Below are positions 10,774 to 49,269 of a stretch of DNA of 64,000 nucleotides, piece after piece. Source of the stretch: Tubulanus polymorphus. Its lineage: Eukaryota; Animalia; Nemertea. The position numbers and the translations under genes are program-made. Numbering within the stretch: the first letter of the stretch is position 1; every line of letters starts with the position of its first letter. Where the stretch lies: contig NC_134028.1 of assembly GCF_964204645.1 (NCBI RefSeq), positions 18,793,653-18,857,652 on the forward strand, given 5' to 3'. The notes under the pieces were generated by a model. It did not search any database. It had not been told where the DNA came from and saw only the letters and a list, made by a program, of their open reading frames with translations.

Positions 10774-11126
10774 TTATTCGAAATCTATTTCATGGTGCCC
10801 TTTTTCATTCTTACCCTTATATATGAAATAGAAATCACCTGAACATAATTCTTCTAGGTCTTCACTTGATAATCTATGAAATCTATCTGGTAAATATGTT
10901 CTGAATTTATATTTATTTCCTTTTAATCCTTCATATTCTAAGTGTATAAAAATTTATCTCCATATTTGTTAGTAACTGTATCAATATTTGTAATTAGATA
11001 TTTCTTATGGATTATTAATTCTTTTAACTTCTTTAATTTATAATCTACTGATTTGACATTTGAAGTATCTTTTATTCTATCTAGAAATAATTTGTTGTTC
11101 TCACTGTTTGCTTGTTTACTCTCCAT
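10774..11126 (-). pseudogene. Small protein next to PolB, possible OB-fold ssDNA-binding protein; frameshift near 10945
   Basis: KKLKEL...YLITNIDTVTNKYGDKF / IHLEYE...FRTYLPDRF...FIYKGKNEKGHHEIDFE; fold assignment is inference. Confidence 0.5.
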
Positions 11127-11155
11127 TTTAATAACATATTTTTATTAAAATTTGA

Positions 11156-14100
11156 TTAACACGTTAGAATTCTTTTCATTATCTCATTCTCTTTTGTTTC
11201 TTCTCTTTTGAACTTTAGATATTCATCTAAATTACAACCATAAGCAACTGTATGAATTCCATCAACTAAAATATATCTTTTATCATCAAATGGGTTTAGA
11301 CTTACCTTTTCTATTTCTTCAATAAACATTTCGTGGTACTCAGATCTTAAACATTTCATCTTATGTTTTCTAACTTCTTTTTTGAATATACAATTGATGT
11401 AATCTTTGAAAAGAATATTCATTTCAACAACGCTTTTGGTAATTCCTTTCAATTTCTTTGATTCATGAGTTTTGGTTTTATGACTATACATTTTAGATCT
11501 AATACCAATGAATTCAATCATTTCTTCACCATCTAATTCATCCTTAAACTTCCCGGGTCGCTTTTTATTATCATTACTAAACAATTCATGATTTTTAGGA
11601 TAGTTACTAAAATCAAAATGATGTTTTAATGTTTTTAAATCATCAGTTATGTTATTAGTTTTTATCTTTAATATGTAAGAATCTGTATCAAAATATAATA
11701 TTTCAATATGTTTTTCTCCAGAATGAGGTTGTAATACATTATAATAGAATTCATACATTAATAACTTTGATAATTCTAAAACTGAAGCACCAACATAAAT
11801 TGGTTTATTAAATTTCATAGATGTTCTTCTCATTTTAACTGCAGCTAAATGTTCATCAAATATTCTGTTACCTATAAATTTAGGATATGTTTGTAAATGT
11901 CTAATTCTTTTACCATTACTAACCAACTCAATATCATTTCTATTTCTAATATTTTCACAAGTCTTACCATAGAATGCATTATTCATTATCTTGAAGAAAT
12001 CTTTCTCGAAATCAGTTTAAGCTTCAGTTCTCCGTTTGGTGTTAAAATCTATATATTTTTCTAACCATTTAGATTGACTGAATGAAATATATCTATGTAC
12101 TTTTTTTAGAATCATTCCTTGTTTTAGATAAAACTTTAACATTCTATAATGTACTACATAATTATATTTATCTTCTTGAGTTACCATTAACTTTTCTGTA
12201 TGAATATGATTTTCGGGTTTAATTCTTTTTTGATAATTTGATAATTCTTCATGAGTTACAGTTTTATGTTCTGGGCAGTATGCTAGATTTCTAGATTTAA
12301 ATTTAATATGTTCAGGATATTCTAAATCTACAACAAAAAAGTAACCAGTATCTTAATCATCTGCAATATCTAGAATTATTTTCTTCCAATCAAATTTGTC
12401 ATTATTTTCATGTTGTAAAACTTCACTTATTTCAAATACTCCATAAGGTTGTGGTTCCATCATTGCCCAACCATACAAATTATTTGCATCTATATATAAT
12501 AATTTATATCCGGGGTTATCATTTACATTGAAATATCTATCACCTAATACACCTGAAACTCCTCCTCTTATAGATTTTTCAAATAATAATAATTGATCTA
12601 TATTTGTTAACAAATCCATTTTTATATCTGTAAATTTTAAACCACAATCCCATGTTAAACCTGGTGATGAATAACAATGACAAGGATCAATGTTAAAATA
12701 TTTTAAGTTTACATCTCTAAACCTTTCAAATATATCAGTTAATAATAATACATCTGATTTTAAATATAAATCTACTAATTGCCCATGATTTTTCATTCCA
12801 AAATGATTCCAAATATTCAATATCCTATTATATACTTCATCTTTAACATATTTATTTTTTAATTCATCATAGAATTGTTCTTTCAATAATTCAGTTATAT
12901 TAAAATCATTATGATTTTTATAGAAAGAATATGGAATTGCGCCTTTATATCTCATTTATTGGAAATCATCATTATTTGGGTAGTGTTGCTATAATATTCT
13001 TATTTCATCATCAACTAATGATTTTGATAAGTTATCTAATGAACTATTTAAAAATCTATATGAATCTATGAATCTTAAGCATCCAAATTGGAATGATATA
13101 TAATTCTCAGATGTTCTAGCTAACATTTTAAATTTATAAGCTGGTATTTTGTCTTTTGATCTATTTGAATTTAATCTTTCTATTTCATTATTAATTTCTT
13201 CTGTTTTATGACATAGTTGCTTTATGAATAAATGTGCATCATATCCTGATAGATTATGAAATATAACTGGTACAAAGTTAATTTTCTTAGCTTGCAAGTT
13301 ACAATTTTCATGTGCAGCGCCTCTAAACTTTCCGTTCAAATGATTATGGTCTCTTACTTTTTTATCTTTATAATTAAATATCTTTTCACAATAATAACAT
13401 TTAGCTGTAAACACAAATTCTTCTTTATCTTCTTCTGTCATTATAATTTCTATATTTGTATTCAATAATTTACTAAATCTTATTTCATATTCAATTAATA
13501 AGTCACAAAAATGATTGATAACATTTTCATTTCTATAATGATAATATTCACTTTTAATTAGTTCTGGATAATCAGATTTAATATATAATCCGAAAGCTGC
13601 AGCAGTTTGATGAATCTTTTTAATAGTATTTGTTATTGGTGGTTCTTCTGAGAAATCATTTTCAGAATTTAATTTCTTTCTTTTGTAATATATTTCTTTT
13701 CCATCTTGATCAGTTAATTATTTATTTAATGATTCAAAATCTCCATATATAACAAATGGAACTTTATTTTTGTAATCATATTTTTTGAATTCTTATATTT
13801 TATCTTTTTCATTTGGTAAAACTAATTTACAATAATCATGATTTTCACATAATTGTTTACGATTTAATAATGCACTTTCAGTTCTGAATTTATGTAAACA
13901 TTTTCTACATAGATATATTTTATTATCAAAATCATTTTCTGATTTAAAAAATAAATCAATTCTTTTAATCCACATATAATGATTCTCATAATATAATATA
14001 TCTATAACATCGTTTGAATCATAATCTTTTGATAGATATAAAGGTTATAATGTATAATGTTTTATATTGTTACCTTTTGTTTTTGGTAATTTGATAAAAT

Positions 14101-15136
14101 CAAATACATTTATTCTTAAATTATTATCTCTTTCTATTTTTGGGATACTTTTAATTGTAACAGTATACTTATCTATCTTATAATTATTTTCAAATGGTTT
14201 ATAAGGAGTTAATCTATAAGTATGTTTATTATAATCTTCAACTGGGTGTAAACAACTTATAATTGTCCATAGAAAACATTTATCATCAAAATTTTGTACA
14301 TTTATAACAGCATTAGTTTTAAATGGTAGTTTAATATAACTCGCTGCTTCAATATCTGGTTCTTTATAATATGATACATTATTTTCATCTATTGGTTTTG
14401 ATTTAGTTAACTTATTATATTTTGTGTTATAAACATGTAAAGTCATAAATATTATTTCATCAAATATTAAACCTGATCCTTCAAAATATTTCTCTTCTAT
14501 TTTAGTTTTTACTTCATTATAACATTTATCTAATTTTTCATCTATATGTTGTTTAGATATAATATGTTGTGAATGAGAATTTATATTATATATTGGTTTA
14601 TCTTCAGATTTTATAAACTTTACTTAAGAAGATATATTAATTTTAGGATATTCAACATCTGTAATTATTTTTATAATATTTTTCATATTTTCTAAATGTT
14701 TTTTATTTTCTTCTAATGTTTTTCCTTTATGAAATTTAAACTCAATAGCTGCTGGACCAATATCACTTTTAAATGCTTCGGTTATCTCTATATCTTTTTT
14801 ATTATCTAATGAATTAATATAATTTCTTACATCTTCCATGTATGGTCTTTTATTGTTTAATTTATTTCTTATTCTTTTAATTATCTTATCTTTCTTATCA
14901 TTGTCATTATCAAAATAATCCTCACCTAAAATATCATTATTCTTATTTCTAATATGACTTTTAGTTTTTAAATGTTCATTATAATATCTTTTATCACTGA
15001 ATGATTGATTACATGTATCACATTTGTATGTTTCTTTTTCATTCTCTAATTCATCTAATTTAGTTTCTAATATATCATCTTTATATTCTAATTTCAACTT
15101 ATTCTCTAAATGTGTTTTAGTTTTATTGTGTCTTGC
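11156..15136 (-). pseudogene. Protein-primed family B DNA polymerase (pPolB) with N-terminal C2H2 fingers, vOTU-like protease and EndoVII insert; 5'-truncated
   Basis: Pol motifs YIDANNLYGWAM, KIMNNAFYGKT, YFDTDS; exonuclease YGDFES, FHNLSGYD, YLKSDVLLL; EndoVII CYYC...VRDHNHLNGKFRGAAHENCN; DDKCFLW/ENHYMWI; Zn finger CDTC...HLKTKSH; broken into at least 6 ORFs. Confidence 0.95.
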
Positions 15137-15145
15137 TTTTAGTTG

Positions 15146-15543
15146 TTTAGTTGTTCTAGGTTAAAGGTTGAATGGTCGAGTTCATTAAAAACAAATATTA
15201 AAAGTAATTTAAAACTATAATATATTCTCATAGCCGTGTGTATTTTAGTTAAAAAATAGAATAATTATTATTATTTAAATATATTTGATTATATGAATTT
15301 GTGTATTGTAAATAAATCAATTGGTCGCGGAGCGGAGCGGTAGCGAAGCGGAGCGACCAATTGATTTAATACAATATGCTTTTAAAATTTAAATTATTAA
15401 TATCTTAGAATAAATATTTAGTTATAATATAAAATGCACACGGCTATGAAAATATATTATAGTTTTAAATTACTTTTAATATTATGTTTTTAATGAGCTC
15501 GACCGTTCGACCTTTGGCCTAGAACAACTAAACCCCTATTACT
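15146..15543 (+). repeat. ~400-bp imperfect terminal palindrome (foldback) at the Polinton end
   Basis: 15146-15247 is inverted at 15432-15533; inner stem AAATCAATTGGTCGC/GCGACCAATTGATTT around a GGAGCGGAGCGGTAGCGAAGCGGA loop. Confidence 0.9.
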
Positions 15544-17631
15544 ATCAGTGGAGCCGAGGTCGGGCCCGGCATGCTAAAAAAAAAATTAATACACGAATAA
15601 AAAATGCGAAAACGTTGTCAGAAATTGATTTAATCATGTAGGATGTAAAATCGTAGGAAAGGTTGGCGAGCCGTATTTGACGCGGTTTTTGGTTTACCTT
15701 TGTCAGCGATATGAAGTTGGCATTGAGCCAATTCATTTAAAATCGCGGTACGTTTTTTTATGTGAACATTTGTTTCATTGGTTCTCGGCTTAAACGACGT
15801 GTAATCGATGCGATTGAAGACATGGCGAACCTCCGTCGATGACGTGGTCAACTGAGTTAAAATTCTACGCGGTAAAATTCTTTACTCTCGCGTATAAAAT
15901 TGCAATGACCTCGATTGGGAGGCGTTGTCTCTACGAGCGAATGTGATTGGCTGTTTTTGGGATTTACGGGAATTACCGGCGCTACTAAAATAATTATGGG
16001 AAAGCCATAGAATGACGAACGTTTCATTGGACTAGGTGCCGTATATGTGCGAATTTCAAATGCTCATTGCAGGTGATAATGTAATTATTATCCGCCATAG
16101 GTATTGTTTCTTTTTAATACCCGTTGATTGATTTGATTGGCATTGAAGTGTAAGCGAACATTCACTAACACAAGGCCTCCACGCGTGCGCGCGGAAATCA
16201 TTAGATCAGACTGTTGCACACACAAACACACGCGCGTACAGTATAATACACTACTATAGTGATACTGTAACTCTGCTTGCTGGCGAATTTGACATTTAAT
16301 CAGCAGAAGATGAGCGCTGTGTTTTCTGTTTGATAGAATCTGTAATAAATTGTAATTTTTTGTGACCTGAAAATACTAAGCAGCAAACTATAGGTATAGG
16401 TCGAAGTCTGAATATTGTAGTGGTAAATTCCAGGATTTAAAACGATCCAATACGCCGATTTCTTACTGCACCAGTATTTTAGCTTCCGCGGCCATACATT
16501 CAGCCACCCTCTGATATGTGACATCATATGAATTTTATTTGAATATTTTTTCATATTATAAAAAAATATTTCTTTGAAAATATGAAATAGTTTCCATGCC
16601 GCGCCTACCTGTACCCTACGAAATTTTTGATGAGGACCGTAAACAAATGTATATCTTTGGTCTTTTGACTACAAAATAATCCTTTAAGAAAGATAAAATA
16701 GAATATTTAAACTTGTAGAACTTTGAAGTCACGAATTAAATAGATTTTTCAAGCAATGCCCTTACCCCAAACAACCTCTAGCTTTCAAGGTAAACCACAC
16801 TTTGCCCATGGGCAATTTATGTTTGTAGGTTATGTTGATAGCCGCGAACGCTGATACAGCAAGTGCAGCGCACGGGTGTGGATTTCGTTACCAACTGAAT
16901 GTCGAGCATGCGCACTGCAAACAAAATGGCAGAAACTCTCTTGTGAGAAAAAAAATCGCTTACCACTGGTGGAAGCCAGTTCATTAACCATACTGGACCC
17001 CTGGCAAGTGAGGGTTTCCGTTTGACTGGTACCCGCATGATCCGGCGGCCCACTTCAAAACTTATATCAAAACTAATATCTCGGAATTTAAAGCAATTTT
17101 TTAGCCGGCTCTTCTAAATCAATTGATACAAATAGATCCACGTTCATCGGCGTCAATATCTGATATCAAAACACCTCGCTTTAATATATATGATGGTAAC
17201 CCAGATGGGGCCCCATGTACTTGGGGCCCAACCCGCTACCCCATGTTTCACAGAAACCCGCATGTTGCTAGAGACATTTTTGACAATGTTTTCATTCAGT
17301 GAGAGTACATGAAGTAATGATTCCTCGGTCTGGTGTTAGTGAATGCCATGAAAAAAATAGAAATGTTGCATGCCGTGTCAATATTTCCAAAAGTTCATGT
17401 TACCTGCCAGGTCATTTCCAGGGATATCGAAAATGAGAAACAAGGTATCATTTTTGTTGCCTTAGGTGCGTGCATCATATACAATCCATACCAGGCGTAG
17501 GGGTCTTCTTGGTTTTACATAAACAGAATTGTCTCCCGCTTTTGAGAGAATAACCTGAGAGTTCGTTTTTTTTTGCCAGGGAAATAAATAAAAAAAATCA
17601 CAAAATAATGCTTTTCACAACAAGTATTCCT

Positions 17632-17637
17632 TTTATT
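17632..17637 (-). promoter_or_regulatory. Candidate polyadenylation signal of ANKFN1
   Basis: AATAAA on minus strand ~1.8 kb past the stop codon, followed by a T/G-rich tract. Confidence 0.35.
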
Positions 17638-18200
17638 ATAACTTTTCACAATTGAGTATATCAAAAACATTGGTAACTATAGTTTTTAACACAAACAAGT
17701 GATATGGCAGTCAACTTACTTCTTTAACTGAGTAAAAATGAGTTGCTATAGATTCCAATGTTCTTTTCTTATAATCATACATATATGATATAGCACAGTC
17801 TATTGTACAAATCGGTTGCTTATTATGAATGGTCGAGTTACATATTATATTATATCACATCATAGTTTTCAATATCACATTTTACTTACATGTGTACTTG
17901 CCAGGGTTCGCAATAATTATGTAAGGTGGCCGATGATCGCAAAAATGATCAATTCTACACTTGAAAAAGTGTGTGATGATAATACAGTCAAGCTTAAATT
18001 ATTTTTTTCTAATACAAAATCAGTGAAATCCGAATTATGAAGGTATCACCAATCATCTATGGCAGCTGGGAATGTCAGTCAAATCAAACCATAAAATTGT
18101 ACAGTTAACCTCGCCTTACTCACCATGGCCAATTCGAACAAAAACAAAATAATTTTTCTGATTTCCAATCGACGTTAGGCAAGGTGTACTGTAACACTGA

Positions 18201-18424
18201 AGGCTAAACAAAAATTATACCTTGTTTCTACGCAGCGGCCGGGTCATTTTTGTAAAATACATGTATGATAAAATTTGTAAACAGTTCATTTCTATAGCGG
18301 CCTGGTCTGTTATGGTAAAATTGGTCACGATTTAAAATAAGTAATGTATATAGTAGATAGGCGGCCGGCCGAGCCAACTTTTAAGCTCAGCAGAGCGGAG
18401 AAACAAGGTATCAATTTTTAGCCC
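18201..18424. mobile_element. MITE family A, copy 1
   Basis: Inverted ends ATACCTTGTTTCT(A)CGC/GCG(G)AGAAACAAGGTAT; diverged copy at 48031-48240; fragment near 17435. Confidence 0.7.
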
Positions 18425-18733
18425 AAGTTCTAATATATACATGTAAATTAATGGATACTGAACTAGAGGACCAAAGGTTCCATGGTCTGAGATCCTGTTT
18501 TCATAAAATTAATGAAAATATATTTCTACTGTTAATTATGCAGATTATTTATTCATACAAGTCTCGAGAGCTATAATGAGCAACCACTTCTCCGTAACTC
18601 GTATTAGGACTTTAATGTAAGGCTTGACTGCATATGATAGCACTAGACATTTATTTATCTGAAATTTGGTAAATCTACTTTCAAACAAAGAATAGATAAA
18701 TGCAGACTGATTTCTCAACAGCTCTACCTGTTT

Positions 18734-18917
18734 CAGGCCGTTACCGAGTGGGGATTAGGGGGATTTCGGAAAATGAAAGCGATCCATTCTAAAATGATTC
18801 AATCAGGTAGCTGGGAACTTCATATTCTAGGTGCGGAAATAGGCCTTTTTATCGGTAAAAAGTCCCCTTTTTCTTGAAAAAGAACGGCCCCTTAAAATAA
18901 TGCTCGGCACGGGCCTG
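18734..18917. mobile_element. hAT-like MITE
   Basis: CAGGCCGTTACCGAG...CTCGGCACGGGCCTG imperfect TIRs. Confidence 0.5.
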
Positions 18918-19447
18918 TGGTTAGGTCTCACGAACCGTGTCAAGACGCCAAGTGCTACGGTCGTAACATAAAACATACACGTAATTTCATTAAACACATA
19001 CTGACATATTAGTGTACTTGGATACAGCTATTATTTAATTTCAACAATGTTTGACCCTGTTTGTTCGCAAAAAGCTCAGAGACTATGATATGGAAGACGG
19101 TATTATTATTGAATGCTTTTATTACAATCGGTGAAACATGACATGAGATTGCTCAGTGGATCACAATGTCATTTCAATCACAGATTAAATTACCCTGACC
19201 TCTTGAAGGTTAAACTTTGTAACCTCACTGAGCTCGAATTTACACCACAGCATCAACTTTGATCAGTTTCGTAAAACCTCTAAACCGCGGTTCAATTCCT
19301 TGATCACTGGATAAGAGGTTAACTCTAGGCACCTTGAACATGGTATGGCACTTGGTATGTGTGCCGTACGAAAGTTTAGCATTAGAGTATTGTCACCGTG
19401 TAACACCAGTTTCACTTGAATTTTGTTCAGAAAAAAACGTTGTAAAT

Positions 19448-45556
<26,109 letters not shown>

Positions 45557-45831
45557 AGTTACAAAGCATAGACCTCACGCAATATAAATATCCATAGTAA
45601 CCGAGGCGAACTTAGTGATTTGTTTGGGCCGTAAAAACCATTAAACTAAACTAAACTTATAAACAAGCGAAGGTGTTCGCCAACGTAACCCAACATGTTT
45701 TCCATATCGCAGCATCATCACACACATAATCTCGATGAATTTAGTGCTTTGTTAATCCGTCAATATGGCTTTATGCTGATATATGATTCTTATAATTGAA
45801 CAATTTTGCTCTGACGTCAGGCCAGTCTATC

Positions 45832-45997
<166 letters not shown>

Positions 45998-48030
45998 CAT
46001 ATATATATAATCAGACGACTTGCTATCGCACAAACATTATTGATAACAAATGGAAAACGACCGTGTCATTTCCCAAGATTTGAATTGTCCAGTCACCGCT
46101 AATTTGGAAACACTACGCACCCCGCAGTAACTCCAGCCTTATCCCGCCGGAACGATTGTCAGTCAAAATCTATAATCGATTCTCTTGTAATCCGATATCC
46201 ATGGACAATACGTCGTTCTGCTCTCACTCCCGCGCTCTTTCTATGTTAAGTATCTCTATATTGCTAAGACCATGGACGTATAAACTACGTCCATGCTCCA
46301 CACTACACAAGTCGTGGTTATCGAGGTATACGGTTAGTATAACACTCGATATTTATTCCAATCGATATTTCTTAAAGATTCCTAGACATTGATGGAGATT
46401 GATGATATTTTTGAGAAGAACTGTCTGGAAAATGTTTCTCAGTTCAATCGAGTCACCCTGTTCCAAGCATCTAGCAGCGCCTTGCAACGACGTAGGCAGC
46501 CAAACAAGATATGATAAGTTAGAAAAATAATTTCACAATTGACCCACCACCAAAAGTTTGTTCGACATTTTTGAAATTATGGTTGGAGAAACTCCAATCA
46601 TGTTTCTCATTTTCCCTTGATTTCACGACCTGGGTTTTTTCGTTTTTTACTTCAGTTAACTGGTTATGATTAACGTCTATTATGACGCGCATTGACGCCA
46701 GATACATTACCACTTTAATATAACTTTCGCCGTTTACGAACAACGATCTGTGTGAGGGCGAACAGTGTGGTCACTTCTTCACTTATGTCCAAATGAACCG
46801 TGCCTAGGGGTTTACTTTTATCAGTTTGAATATGACATTACAGAAGTACATATTGTATAGATCTAACACTTAGCTTAACAGACAGAATAAATTCTACGTA
46901 TCGTGTTCATTCTAAGTGTGATTGTATTCGTTGTTTTAGGCTTACTATGGGTTTGTTAATTCAGATTTATTTATGGAAGTTTGAAGATATTCAGAAGATG
47001 TTTTGGTATGAAGCACTGGGCAATATTACATGTACCAGTATATCATTATAATCGGGGGATTGGAAGATGTATTTCACAAAATAATGATAATATACCCGTG
47101 ATGACCGTCATAATCAGAACCTCAGTGGGAGTGCAAGTAGACTTGTTAAGCATTCGTTTCTATAGCAACACCATTCAGTAAAAAAGAACATTCGAAATAA
47201 TCTCACAAATCAATTGTGGGTCATCGGCCAGCGACTGTATCATCGATGAAACGAAATACTATGACCGTCGGGAAAATGCTGCACGCATGATTTTCCGTTA
47301 TGATCATATCTTTTCCAGGTTACCGTATATAATTGCTAGGTTTTTCCAGTAAACTGTTAGTTTTTAGGATTCAAACATTTTGCCTAACATGATGGAGTTG
47401 ATGTGAATATATATAATAGAGCTCATTTCTGTTTGATAAAAATAAAGGTAACGCCCACTGTTTATTCAACATGATTCTAAAGTCAGTAACGCCTCGAGCA
47501 GCTGAAGGAATAAATATCCTGACATTATACTTTTTAAAACGCCATGTGTCAATATTTCATCAATTTGTAAATATGAATAGCACACGACTCCCGTGCAAAT
47601 CGATAACATTAACCATAAATAGCATCAGCAGGAAATAGTTGTTTTTATTTGATCTTCAAAACCTTCCAGTGAGAACTTCATCTAAATAAGAGATACTGAT
47701 TCCTGGTTGCACGGTAGTCATTGTAGATATTCTGGTGGTGGTACGATCAACAATCATGACAATCAGACGAAACCTAATTATGAGCCTTTTTGATCACGGA
47801 TTGGAGTACGGATTTTTTCAAGAAAGTAATGATAGAGCAAGGGAAATATAGATTTCTGGCGTTTTGAAATGGAAGGGACCAGGGAAAACATTTTCTTTTG
47901 TTTCGAGTATTTTCCAATAATGGGAGAAACATACAAACTTAGCTTTTTGCAAATCATCAGATCGAAAATTAAGACGGAAATGTAAAAAACTGTTTTTGGA
48001 AAATTATAACCAAAACATGTTGGAGAACTA

Positions 48031-48240
48031 AGGCTAAACAAAAATGAAACCTTGTTTCACCGCAGCGGCCGGGTTATTTTTGTTAAATATGATAAAATTT
48101 TTAATCAGTTCATTTCTATAGCTCCCGGGTCTGTTATGGTAGCATTGATCAGGATTTTTGAAAAAGTTATGTACAGGGTAGATAGGCAGCCGACCGGGTC
48201 AACTATTAAGAGCGGAGAAACAAGGTATCAATTTTTTCTG
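48031..48240. mobile_element. MITE family A, copy 2
   Basis: Similar to 18201-18424 over its whole length. Confidence 0.7.
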
Positions 48241-48844
48241 CATAATTATTATTTTTTTATTTTTTTCATGTTTTGGTGGAATGCCGAGCGGCGGGTCCGT
48301 ACTCCGAGTAATCAAACTTAAAGCGACACTGGCAATAACCCTCAGTTCAAATATGAAGGCTCAATAAACCTGTGGCGGTCATCCTGGGTGAAGTAAGGTA
48401 GGTACATAGGTCAAAACAATAGGGCTCACTCCCATGGCATAATCTTCATACTAAGTTGGTCAAAAACTGTAGACTATAGAGCGGGAACAAGGTCCAAAAT
48501 GCTTATTTCGCACACAATTTGCATGATCTATCATAACTGTTCACCCCTAAATACGGCTATCAACCTTTAGTTATTGATATGAATACCGGGTATAATATAA
48601 ATCATGGTGGGTGATTCGGGCCAAGAATTAAACAAGAAACTAACTAGAAATTTTATAATGTCTTGCGGACACTAAATTTGTTGCTGAAATATAATTTTTA
48701 ATGTTAAATAATGAAAATGATTTATTGGTTTCATTGATTTCGATTTTAAAGTTGGGTTCTTCTTCTTCTTTCTTCATTTTTACAACAAAATTTTTATTAA
48801 AACTCATTCAAATATAAATATTCACTGTTTTAAATATGAATTAT

Positions 48845-49269
48845 TTCACTCACACTTTTATATTGAATAATCTATCAATTTATATGTTATTCATATATAT
48901 TTTATTCATGTATATGAATATTTTAAGAGTAATAGGGGTAATAGGCTTTCAGGTTAAAGGTTGAAAGGGCGAGCTCATAAAAAATGAAAAACATGAAAAT
49001 AATAACAATTTCTACTTGAATTAGGAGTGAAACTCATAAAAAATAAAAAATAATTCTCACACACTCGAATTTATTTCACTCACACTTTACTCACACTTTT
49101 TTCTAGCGAGTAAAAATGAAAAATAAATTCGAGTGTGTGAGAATTATTTTTCATTTTTTATGAGTTTCGCGACTAATTGAAGTAGAAATTGTTATTATTT
49201 TCATGTTTTTCATTTTTTATGAGCTCGACCGTTCGACCTTTGATTTGAAAGCCTATTACCCCTATTACT
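48845..49269 (+). mobile_element. Orphan Polinton-end relic: subterminal flank plus 342-bp palindrome
   Basis: 48849-48939 nearly identical to 5887-5978; palindrome AGTAATAGGGGTAATAGGC (48928)...GCCTATTACCCCTATTACT (49269). Confidence 0.75.

Larger units (their letters stand above)
1..15543 (-). mobile_element. Decayed endogenous Polinton/Maverick (adintovirus-like) element, right part; left end outside window
   Basis: Very AT-rich, densely packed intronless ORFs: pPolB, rve integrase, A32-like ATPase, penton-like gene. Ends sharply at ...CCCCTATTACT (15543), an AGT-type terminus on the opposite strand. Many stops and frameshifts. Confidence 0.93.

Noticed and set aside
5967-15543. Treating 5967-15543 as a complete Polinton with left and right TIRs
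   Set aside because: No TSD (TTTAAG vs ATCAGT). The 5967 copy matches the inner arm at 15146 as a direct repeat better than the terminal arm, and Polinton genes continue left of it.
1-15543. Major capsid protein and adenain protease
   Set aside because: No recognisable motifs in the window; probably upstream or deleted. I could not justify calling 6198-7032 a capsid protein.
15547-17300. Transposon-like GC-richer sequence right of the Polinton end
   Set aside because: Looks repetitive, but I could not define TIRs, a TSD or coding remnants.
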